DNA from: Klebsormidium nitens
Lineage: Eukaryota; Plantae; Klebsormidiophyceae
DNA: 32,913 nucleotides
Direction: 5' to 3'
NCBI GenBank assembly: GCA_000708835.1
Contig: DF237733.1
Span: 1 to 32,913, forward strand
This document shows, piece after piece, positions 11,201-21,700 of the stretch. The notes beneath the pieces are model-generated. The model made no database searches. It was not told where the DNA came from and saw only the letters and a list, made by a program, of their open reading frames with translations. Each line of letters opens with the position of its first letter. Positions within the stretch are counted from its first letter, which is position 1. A program made the translations under genes and the position numbers.

Positions 11201-14200
11201 ATAGCCTCCGTCATTCTAGATCCACTCGCTTTATTTCCCCTGTAATGCTTCAACCGTATAAGATTCCCCTCACCGCTATCGCCAAACGAGAAACAGTAGG
11301 CAGACAACTCCGCACCTTTATAGCTCCTTGCCGAGCGGCACTTCCCGTCGTCCGGCAGCCACGTCCGGATCGTTCCGTCTTCCGACGCGGTTACCCACAT
11401 CCCGCCCCGGAGCGACGTCCATCGTACGTGCGTGACGTCACCCGTGTGGCCCGAGATGACGCGCTTCAGCGCGCGCGTGACCGCGCACCAGATCTTAATC
11501 GCGCAGTCCGCGCCCGCGGTCGCGACCTCGTCGCGCTCCTCCGAGTAGGCCACGTCGCAGATCGTCCTGAAGGCGAGGGTTTGAGAGTTTCAGTTTTCAA
11601 GGATTAAGGGTTCAAGGGTTTGAAGTTTTCAGCCGCGGATCGCGCTTGGGCGTTTGGATCATCCGAATCCAACAGGAAAGCTTTGCAAAGGTCTAAAAGT
11701 ACTCTGCTTTGGCCAACGAAGCAGGCTGAGTCCGAAAGTTGGATAAAATCCAGCAGGCCCTAGGCGGACTGGGTTTGATTGAAAATTGAAGTCATTTGGT
11801 CCCACCAAACGTATGATAGTCAACTCTGAAGTAGACTGTAACCAGCTTCGAGCTTTGACTGACCTGGAGTCCCCGGCCAATCAGGCGATGCAGACTCTCT
11901 AAGGATACATGTAGGCAGCTTGAAAGAGAAACAGGCCCAGGCTCCTATTTAAAAGCACTTGCTCGAACAAGAAGATCCAAAGCATTTTGGACTCCATACA
12001 TGTAAAAAGATCCTGATGGCCTGACATATGAAAGGGACAGAAGTAGGAAAAATGGAATTGGTAGCATTGATACCAAAGATGATGACGTTTCGGCCCAGAT
12101 GACTGTCGAAAAAAAGTCGGACTCACCCCTCATGCGCGTCCTCGACACACCCGATCTGCACCCTTTTGTGGATGTCCCAGAACCGGAGGGACCGATCGTG
12201 GCTGACGCTCGCTACGATCTGCAAAACAGAGCACTTTTAGATTGAGAAAGGAGCAGGCACCCAGACAGGAACGATATACTTCGTTTCAAATGCACCGTAC
12301 AAAGGACAGAACGGCCGCTGACCACACCCGCTCAATGAAAGTTTGCTCCATGCTTTGCTGAAGATTCAAAGCAGAGAGGTGGGTTGAACAGCTCTGTTCT
12401 TCTCACAGCAGCATAGACAAGGACTTCGACTGTCGCAACCCACAAAGTTGCCGCGCTCTGCGATCTCCGAGGCGTCGTGTCGGATTGGAAGCCCCTTAGA
12501 AGTCCCAACACCACTGATTATGTGATAAACGGCAAGCTTGGCAGATTATCTGGGACACTCTCCGCCCGCGCGCGCGCGCCATACCTTGTCCCTGCAGCAC
12601 GCGAGCGCCACCACTCGGTCCGTGTGCCCGGTCAATGGCTCGCTCAGATCGGCCCCCGATCGAAGGGACCGCCTCGGGGCCGCGCTCGCGGCCGCGGATG
12701 CGGCCGCGGTCGCCGGCGCCTCCGACTGGCGCCTCTCCTGATCGGCCTGCTGCAAATCCTCGGCGCATACGGAGCTGTCAAGCTGCCATAAGCGGATGGT
12801 CTTATCCTCCGACCCGGTGATCAAAAGGTCCGCGTCGCTGTCATACGCTATGCACAGGATGGGCCCCTCGTGGCCCCGCAGGTCGTCGTTGTCGATAGCG
12901 TATACGTCGGTGGTGAGTTCGTTTCCGGGGGTCCATTTGAAAATGCGCCCCTCTGTTCCCGCCGTGTAGATCTGCTCAAAAATGGTTTGTAGATAATCAA
13001 CCTCAATGAATTGTTATGCGAAATGATTAGAAGTTTTATAGAAGTTGGATTCTGTCAAAACAGGTTGTCTCGCTCCCGTAAGCAGGTGCGAAAAGGGGGA
13101 AACGTGTGCACCGCTTCAGGGTCATGGAAAGTTTTTCTTGCTGTCACTGGAAAATCATATACAAAGCAGCGATCTTTGCAATGGCTAAGTTGTCTCACCC
13201 TCTTGAAGAATGCGCCGGTCGTTCTGGACGAGATGAAAACTTAAAACTCCGAAAGAATGATTGTGAGCGTTCAAACCAGGATTTGTATCGAAGTAACAAG
13301 TTCAATCGGTCCCTAAGTCACTTTTCCAGCCACTTTCGATATTGCAAATGTACTAAAAAGCGCAGTCCCTAGAGACCATCGGAGTAGACGCACCTGTATG
13401 CTGTGCGCCTCTTTCCCCTGAGGCGCACTCCTTGTAAACGAGCCTTGCGTAGAAACGGTCCCCCGGTACCCCACCGAACCGGACGTCGAAGCCTGCCCGC
13501 CGCTACTAGTTCTCCGCCCAAAGTCCGTCCCGAAAGAACCCCTGGCAGCTTCACCGCTAATCCCGTCGCTAACCCGCTCACCAAACCAAACAACCGGCTC
13601 GTTTTTGGACTGCGTCCCGTTTGCCTCCGTAGGTAACGACGTGCTAACCAGACCCTGGTTTCGCGAACCCTCTAGGCTTCGCCCGATGTTTCGTTTGACT
13701 GCTACCATACATTCGATGCTGTCGAAACCGCCCTTCATAACCCGGTGGGCTCCAAACGGGTTATACCGCCAAACCACTAACTGCTTTTGGAAACCCACCC
13801 CGAGAACTAGATCGGTGCCCGGGGGATGGCAGACTTTTTGGACCGGGTAGTCCAGGAAACGGCTGGTGCTCTCCACGTATGGGGTCATATCCAGCGGGAT
13901 GCGGGGGTCGTATACCATCATTCGTTGGGATTTCCCTGCAACGATGTCATCAGATAAGGTTCAGGTTGAAAAAAGTGGAAACTTTCGAGCGAGATGGACT
14001 GTACACCAGATTCGCTCAAGCCTAAGTCTGTGTCTTTTTCTCCATCCTCATATGGACCAAAGATGGGGCACTGAGTAGATTCCTTGTGCATGAGCATATC
14101 GGGAGACGGACTCATAAGTAAGTGAGCTCTTATGAGACATGTGCAGCAGTTTGGGTGAGCTTCCTTGGTATGTCGACGGCAGCATGTAAGTTCCCTTGTC

Positions 14201-17200
14201 TGGCTTGTCAGGGCAAATCCCAGATTCAATGCTTGGAGACATTGTCAGTTGTAAGGATGCTTCAAGATGTGAGCAACTAGGGCAAGCATATCATTTTTCC
14301 TGCCAGGCCAGAAGTATCAGAGACGTGAAGCAACTGAAGCCGCCGCACAATCTTCTCACCCGTGATCCAATAAGACTTCGTGTGCGGCACGTACGCTATC
14401 CCTGTAACGGCCTCCAAGCTGACGTCAAGAACGTCGACGCTGTGGCCCTCGGAGCTCCAAAGCTTGACCTTCCCGTCGAAGCTGCAAAATCAGGCGTCAG
14501 AAAAGTTCCGGCATGTTAGAGAAAATGGACAAGCATGAGGGAAAGATCGTTCGACGAGATGACCATGAAAGAGGTTATTCTGACTTGGAGAACTCGGCGA
14601 CTTTAGCCGTAGGTTGCTGGCTGAGCACCCATGTGCGTCAAAGACATCAAAATTCCTCTCAAAAATCTCCTCCAATTACCACTGTCCGATGAGCCGCCGC
14701 GCATGTCAATAACGGTCTCTCGACACGGTTTCGACGCAGTCCTGGCAACTTCCTAGCACTCCCTGCCTGAAGGAACGTTGTCAGAGTTGCTAAAGTCTGC
14801 CTCACCCGCCCGTGAGAAGCCAGCCATTGTTGGTGTCCAGACACGCGGTGCAGATCGCGCCGGCATGTGCGTTCTTGATGGGCTGACACGTCTCCTTCAC
14901 GCGCTCGCTGTCCGAGATGCAGACCGTACGGTCGAACCTGCCCGAAGACCAGAGAATGCTTCGTCAGCGAGATCTCGGAGTAAGAGGAAAACTTAAGTGG
15001 AGGCCCTGAAACGCAGTTAGATTTCTCGTCTTCTGTAGCAGTAGATTCCACAAGGGGGGGGGGTCGCCGCTTCAGAGAGGAGCTCCGTTGCTCCGAAAAG
15101 AAACAGGAAAATGCGGGTGATACGTAGCGCAGTGACTGAGTCCCCACGAGGAGCTTGATTCAGCGCATCAGTTCTGAGCTTTGAAGAAGCTATCCATGTT
15201 TCTGCGACGGTACCTTCTGAACGCACTCCTTTCGATTCTGTCTGCTCTGACCCGTGCCCTCGACGAAAATGAAAGCGGGCGGTAACAGCACCATCTCTAC
15301 ACAAGTCAATTCCGAGTTTCGCTAATCAAGGTCCTCGTACCCGATTCCTGAGTGAATCCTATCTCAGACCGTAGTGTCAACCGTAAGAAGTTTCAATGGC
15401 TGAAAGCGGGTAATCTCTTCACAAGCGGCACGTTTCAACATCTAAATCTTTCCCAACAAGAGTCCCATGAAATGCTTTTGGCAAGCAGCAAAGAGGGCAC
15501 GATTACCCTGCCGTGAAGACTTTGCCGTTCTCCGCGCAGCAAACGGCGCGGACGAGGTCGGTGTGGCTCCGATGGGAGTTGACCGGCTTCAGTATCTTCA
15601 CCTGCATAAGGCAAGAAAGCGTCGGGGATCAGCAACCGATCGGTCGAGCTGCGTAAGCACACCGGTCGGGAGTAGTTAACAGGCTGCTTTGGAACGGGTT
15701 TCAGAAGGCAAAGGGAGGTCCGGTGTCTATGATCGAATATACCATTCAAAATTGCAAGATGCGACGAGTAGACCCGGCCACAGGTTGGTTGCTGGGGTCC
15801 CTTAGAAAGCTTGCCGCGGCCAAATTTACTTAAGCCCCATTTCCCAAACGGCTTCTGACTTGTCAGGAACATTTTCTTGCGAAGTTCGGTAGAACCCTCG
15901 CCGCAGGAGCGGGCGTTCGAGGCAATTCAACCTCAACGAACAGAGTCCTAACAAGGAGGTGTCGACGAACCAACTGGCGTCGAAGTCGAAGCGGCTAGCG
16001 ATTCGTTGGTTGCTCTGAAAGGTTACGGACATAGTTCGTATCCTGATGCGGAAATGTCTCTCATTGCTCCTGGGATGCTATCAGTGGTGCAACGAATTCA
16101 CATGCCCAACCGCTGATTATTGGCGGCGCCTATTTCGCATAGATGAGTGACCGACAACCCTGCATCATCGGAAAGCCTCTGTAAAACTGTGCTTACTTTC
16201 TGCGAAGACACGAGAGAAGCCTGCTCTATCCAAGGGCGTTTAGGAGACTTTTTCTCCGTCATTTGGACCTCAGGAAATCAGAGCAAATGGAGCGTTCCCG
16301 CCCAACGACTCACCTCACCCTTCCCTTCCTGAGCTTTCTTCATGCCTTCTGCGTCAGGCCGAATTGCGCGGTAGACTTGTACAAGGCCGTTGCCTCCCGC
16401 AATCAGATGCCGTCGCTTGCTGTTCCAAGCGAGGGCAAAGACTGGCCCAGAAAACTCGACTACCTGCAAGAAAAAGCGGGGACGCTGAATGTTCCACAGG
16501 TGCTCTTTGGTACGTCCATCTGTAACTTCGGATGGAAGAGTATGTGCACGACGAAACGAAGATGTAGTTACCTAAGAAATGTCTTTCCGTCACTGAAGGT
16601 TGGAGAACAGTATCGTAAGCACTTGGCTTGACGAATTGCAAACGACACGAATCAAGTTGGAGAGAAAAGGTCCATTAGCGTGCTCTCGCCATTTACCAAG
16701 CCGTCCTTTGATTGAATCAAACCCTCTTTTGACAGACAGCTTAACACTTTGACCAACGACCTACGTCACTGCTGGACGTGACGAAAGATTACAGCGCTGC
16801 AATTTTACGAACGCCAGAAGTTGAAGCTTATTAACACTCTCTCGTTATATAAATGTCGTCATGATTGCGAACCTTCCTGCACAATCCGTGGACCTTGGGG
16901 CTACACTTCGCAGACTGACTTAAAAGGCCCGTTCACTGAGAATGGCCCGGATGGGCTTGTTTTGGAGAAATTAAAGCCCGACAATCCAGTAGCCAAGGTG
17001 CTTACGAAGCCAGAAATAGCTAACAGCCGATGGTTTGTAGTTACTTGCTGAGTAAAGGCTTCTTTTCACCTGCAGCTGCCTCCCCCTCTCGCTCCATACT
17101 CGGATTGTTCCATCCAGGGATGCTGAGAACAGCAGCCGAGTGGCGCTTGAAAAGTTGAGGTCGTTGATCCAGCCGGTGTGGCCATCTTGAGTGCGGACCG

Positions 17201-17855
17201 CCTTGCCCGAATCGATGTCCCAAACCTGATGAGAACTGACTGCTTCAATCGTCTTTCCCTCCTGACTCTGATTCAGAAGATGCTTCCCACCCTGTCTTCG
17301 AGGAGCACTGTTCTGCATGATAGTAAACCTACCAACATGGATTGCAGACTATGTGTTTGGTTACTCTGAATTTTAAGGGAGAGCTAAACCTCACTGTGCT
17401 TCTCTACAAAAACTCTGGTATATCTTCCCGCACTCAGAAAATGCAGCTGCAGCGCAACCCCTCGACCACCAGATTCGGAGCATCAAGTTACCACCACATT
17501 GTGCCTGAAGCTCTGCAACTGAACCTTTTACACACATTGATATATGTTTGATTGCTCTTAACAAAAATGTGCCCCTCAGCCCCTCTTTGAAAGCATCTCG
17601 AAATAGATTGAATTTGGTCGAAGACGCTTATCCGGATTGTCAGCAAGCTGCCTGAGGAACGTCGTGCAAAGCCCCAGCCAGCATTGTTTGCCCAACTCCT
17701 CTACCTATAATGGCTATCTTATGCATTCCGGGTCTCACCTTGATCAGTCCGTCCTGCGCCCCACTATAGAGCTCCTTCTTATTCAGATTGTATGCCACAC
17801 ACAGAATCTGCTCTTCGTGCGCACAGGTAATCACACGGCGGACCTCAAAGGCCAT
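8242..17855 (-). CDS. WD40-repeat protein, about 14 repeats (probable double beta-propeller) plus C-terminal tail, 925 aa, 14 exons
   Basis: Model complement(join(8242..8489,9107..9293,9721..9899,10438..10557,11316..11566,12127..12218,12585..12971,13394..13935,14360..14481,14806..14937,15507..15601,16314..16463,17070..17225,17739..17855)) = 2778 nt. All introns are GT-AG and phases match. Repeats include AHEEQ..IKVWD, GHTGW..IRVWS, SHTDL, AHAGA..VKLWS, GHEGP..IRLWQ, GHTDR..LRFWD, AHEGT..IKIWC, GHTGD..IRTWL and GCKDV..LRAWL. Orthology not identified. Confidence 0.9.
9227..9586 (-). repeat. Three-copy degenerate tandem duplication of the intron tail + acceptor + first ~65 nt of WD40 exon 13
   Basis: Functional copy about 9227-9320. 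Copy 2 about 9354-9445 with intact CTTACAG| encoding AQVAALKEGHT versus EQVAALEEGHT. Copy 3 about 9501-9586 with four anchors (GGCCGCC, TTGGGCG, CTCGAG, GGGGTTT) at a constant 270-273 nt offset. Confidence 0.8.
10976..11065. repeat. Perfect 45-bp tandem duplication (2 copies) in a WD40 intron
   Basis: ACGGCCTTCTTCTCTCTGACTTCCATCATACATTTCTTGAAACTT at 10976-11020 and 11021-11065. Confidence 0.95.
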
Positions 17856-18162
17856 CCTTGGCAACTAGCTCCTGCTTGCTATGTTAGCATTATTGGCGCC
17901 AGCTGCAAAGTTAGCGGTACGTCAGCACCTTGGCCAAGCTTGAGCTTCCATGCCTCTAGCCAGACTTACATCAGTCTGTGGTCTTCGTACGCCAATTGCA
18001 GAACAGAGTCAGGTTCTATGAAAGCACCAGCTGAACTTGAAAGCTTCGATCCTCCAGCTTCATAAGCTCATCACATGTAGAAATTCTTCGCAGCTCTTAC
18101 ATACTGTAACAGAGCGGGCAAAGCTGTAGCTGCATGAACCAAGCCTGAATGTTCAAACAAGA

Positions 18163-18184
18163 AGTTTGGCGGGAGTTTGGCGGG
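18163..18184. promoter_or_regulatory. Tandem pair of E2F-consensus sites (AGTTTGGCGGG x2)
   Basis: TTTGGCGG at 18165-18172 and 18176-18183 matches the E2F consensus TTTSSCGS. Function is inferred, and the 8-mer also occurs once in an intron near 8649. Confidence 0.4.
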
Positions 18185-18487
18185 CAACGAGTCACTGCAA
18201 GCTGCATGCACTGCAGCTAGCGCGCTCGTAGCCAATGCGTCATTATGAGTTGATCTGTTGAACCAATGCACCTCATGGCATCTCAAAATACTCTACTGAG
18301 TGGGGGGCCCTTCTAGAGAAGCAGAGCGATCATCTTCTCGAACTGGGTTCATGGGTCTGGGACCAACGGGGGACCAACTGCCTTCTGCTTCCTCTGAAGC
18401 ACCATGATCGGATTTGGCACGCATATCGGACGGTCCGCAGCGGCGGTAACGTAGCCGGTCGCGGACGCCCGAAGAAACGATGCAATG

Positions 18488-18496
18488 AAACCCTAA
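18488..18496 (+). promoter_or_regulatory. Telo-box motif AAACCCTAA
   Basis: Exact plant telo-box 9-mer about 260 bp upstream of the PPR ATG. Function is inferred. Confidence 0.35.
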
Positions 18497-18754
18497 ACTT
18501 TTCTCAGGCAACCTCAGGCTCAAGCTCAAGGTTCTTGGACAAGCTCTTTGTGCAAGTCGTGCAAAGGCGGCGCCATTGTGATGGACATGGTGGTGCAGTT
18601 GGAGCCGAGGAACCCCATCGGCTGAGAAGCTGAGACAGAAGCACTGAGAACATTCTTGTAGTGACGGCGGCTTGGTGGAATATGGTCATCTCTTTATCAA
18701 GGCTGTGAAGCTAAGGGGGCCAGGCAGAGTGTTCTCCTCTCTGGGGGCCTCACG

Positions 18755-21700
18755 ATGGCAGACATCTGCTCATTGCCTTCTCATAAACAGTGTTTGGCGT
18801 TTTCTCCTTATCCTCCTGGTGCCTTGCACTTGGCAGATGGATCGGCTGCTCTCCATGGTAACGGTTGTTCCTCAACGGTAAGGGCTGCTTCTCTGCCAGG
18901 CTGCAAAGCCATCACATTCTACAGCTCGCATCATGTTGCGAGGGTGTCATCCGAACCTGGTCTAGAAACCGCCAGGTCGCGCATCAGGCAACGTGCCTGG
19001 CAGCATGAGAAGGATTTTAGGGTTTCAGCCCTGGCGGCCCGTTCACACTCTCCTACCCTTTGCCGCCCTCGACACGATGAAAAGGACTACATCGTCTGGG
19101 ATGCTCCAAGGGAGGCTGGGCGTGCTTTCACACTGGATAATGAGGATGAGGCCTCTACCTCTGGGGAGGGCCTCTGGGGTAAAACGGAGAGGGCTGCGAA
19201 GGCCAGAGGGACTAGACACTGGCTGGTAGAGGAAAGGGGTCGGGAGGGAAGCGACAGTAAAGGGTTCTGGACGACAGAAGGCGAGGAGGAAGGGCCGCTT
19301 CCATGGTACTCGCAGGAGCGAGTCTTTGACGAGCTGTTTGGGCGGGAAACTTTTAATGCAGGTGAATTGTTCAGGGTCAAGCGCTTTGTTTGATTTGTTC
19401 CGTCGCCATTTTGAGTATGGATCATCACAGTTCAGCAATGCCTTTTTGTAAGCTGCTATTGTTGTAGGTAGGCATTGGCGCAGCTTTTTGGGGACCTGAA
19501 GGACGAACTTTGTCTAAGGCTTCTATATATTACCACCACCCTTCCTTGATGTTTGCGATCCCTGGGGCGATTCTTGTTGCATCTCTGGTTTCCTTCAGGA
19601 TCTGTAGGAAGAAGTACAGTCGGTTAGAAGCCCGTCAGCACCAACTCTCCATCAGAGGCCAGCCAGGTCCTTGTCGTTCTTGTCGTGTTTACAGGTGAAG
19701 GCAAATAAAGGCATCACTTCCTCTTCATAGAGACCAGGTCGTCTAGATTTTGGGAGTCTAGTTTGACAAAGGTCCTTGTCTTGCTGCAAGGAACAGATCA
19801 GAGCAATGCACATCTGGATTACATTCAACAAACTTGCACGTTCGTCGCTCTTATTTGCAATTCTACACCTTCATCTGCCTATCCTGATCTGATCAGCAAC
19901 TTGGGGCCTTCTCTAAACGCAGGCGAAGAGCTTGACTTGATTACATTACAACTTCAGATTCAAGTAGAGTTTGGTTTGTGTATATTCACTTCAGTTCACA
20001 TGCTAAACCTCTTCTCTAACGGCGGCCGCTGACCCTTGTTGTATTCTCGTCACAGCTGGCGGCGTGGCCACCTCACACCGCTCCCCCAGGAAAGATGCCG
20101 ATGGCTGGGAGGAGCTCCACACTGTCCCAGACTCTCTGCCTGGGCCAAAGCCACATCCTTCACCCTGGCAAGATTCAGACGGAAGTTTCGACCTCGACGA
20201 AGCCCGCGCCGATTTCCAAGTCCTACGGGGGATGCTGCAAGACCTGCGGAAGGGGGGACGTAGAAAAGTGCAGTCTCAGAGATGGGAGGGTTTGCCTCTG
20301 CCGGCAGCAAGGTTGGTCCAGGGGGGGCTGGAAAAGCGTTCGGGGGTGCGGGCGAAAAGTGCGGGTTTGTTACGTGGAGTGACGGCCTCAGAGAGCGTGG
20401 GTCGGCCAGACAGAAGGCCGGGAGTTGTGGTTGATGTCAGCGAGTCTCTTGGCCCCCTGGAGGCATTTCTCGACGCCTCGGCGCAGTTTGGAAGTGCCGA
20501 GGATTTGGTGGCCGCAGCAGAGCAGCCAGAGTCCGAGAGGGGGTTTTCGCACTTGCCTAAGGCGAAAACGGCCGCACCTGCTATTCCTCTGCTGGGGGTC
20601 GAGGAAAGGGCAGTCCAAAACGGGGTGAACTTTCCGGCGGAGAGTGTGAATGCACCCTGGGAAGGTGTGAACACTTTGAGGAAGAGGGAAGTTGTCAGTC
20701 CGAACGGCACTGCTGCCCTAACGGAGGGGACAGGCTGTTCTCTCAGGGGAGCGAACGGGGCAGAAAGACCGGTCATCGGGCTGAACTCCTCTAGGGGAGG
20801 AGCGCAGCCTTCGACGACTGGTCGGAAAGCTTCCGGTAGAAAGCCCCAAGCAGGGGAAGCCGCGTTGCAGCGGGTGGTGCGGCGGTTGCTGGAAGATGAT
20901 GTGTTGGGTGGGGCAGAAATGCCAGAGGGGCAGAGGAGGGAGCGCTTGGAAGAGCCGTTGCAAACGTCCAGGGGCGGCATGGCTGAAGCAATGGGGCGGG
21001 AAGTTGGCAAAGAGCGGAGAAGAGCCCAGGCAAGAGCTGAAGGGAAACTTGAGGGAAGAAAGGAGACGCAAGGGGGGCCGGAGCTTGTGAGTCGAATATC
21101 GGTAAACGGGACTGCGCGGCCTGCGATCGGCGATTCAGAGGACACGAGAAGAGAGTCGGCCGGGAGGGCCCCGTCAGGGGTCGCGCCACAACTTGAGGAG
21201 CCCACCTCTAGTTCGTCAGGGGGAAGTGCCCCCAGCAACGGCGCCTGGAAGGGAAAGTCGGTGTGGCGGCGGGATGCTCCTGAGGCCCCGTCAGAGACCA
21301 GGCAGGAGATGGGAAGCCCCGCCTCTAGTTCTTCCCAGAACGTGGTCGCTAGCAATGGGGCCTGGAAAGGCCGGTCGGTGTGGCGGAGAGACGTTGGCGC
21401 TGCCAGCGCTGAGGCCCTGTCAGAGCCGAAGGCTGCGCGTTCTTCTAGTTACAGCCCGCCCGAGACGCCAAGAACAGGGCCTTCTGAGGTTGAGCCGGTG
21501 GACGAGTCCCTGGTTTCGGCTGTCGTGTCCGCCGTGACTTCGCTTCTCGATGCGGAAGAGGGCGTCTCTTATCAGAAACTAGAAAGGGTTTTGGAGCCTT
21601 GGGCGGGGCAGGTTTCGCAGCCGGGTTGGGAGCGGGTTATGGAAGAACTGGAAGGCGAGGGGGACTGGGGGGCTGTGCTGGCGGTTTTGGCATGGATGGT

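Larger units (their letters stand above)
17856..18754. promoter_or_regulatory. Head-to-head intergenic region (~900 bp) between the WD40 and PPR start codons; probable bidirectional promoter plus 5' UTRs
   Basis: Divergent ATGs at 17855 (-) and 18755 (+). Contains tandem TTTGGCGG motifs and an AAACCCTAA motif. Transcription starts cannot be seen from sequence. Confidence 0.55.

Noticed and set aside
11567-11660. Possible fourth acceptor echo near WD40 exon 10 (CGCGGATCGCGCTTGGGCG versus CGCAGATCGTCCTGAAGGCG)
   Set aside because: The similarity is too short and gapped to separate from chance by eye.
20276-21355. 359-aa antisense ORF and other overlapping ORFs in the PPR, WD40, Sel1 and MYND exons
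   Set aside because: These are shadow ORFs expected opposite GC-rich coding exons; they show no domain signal.
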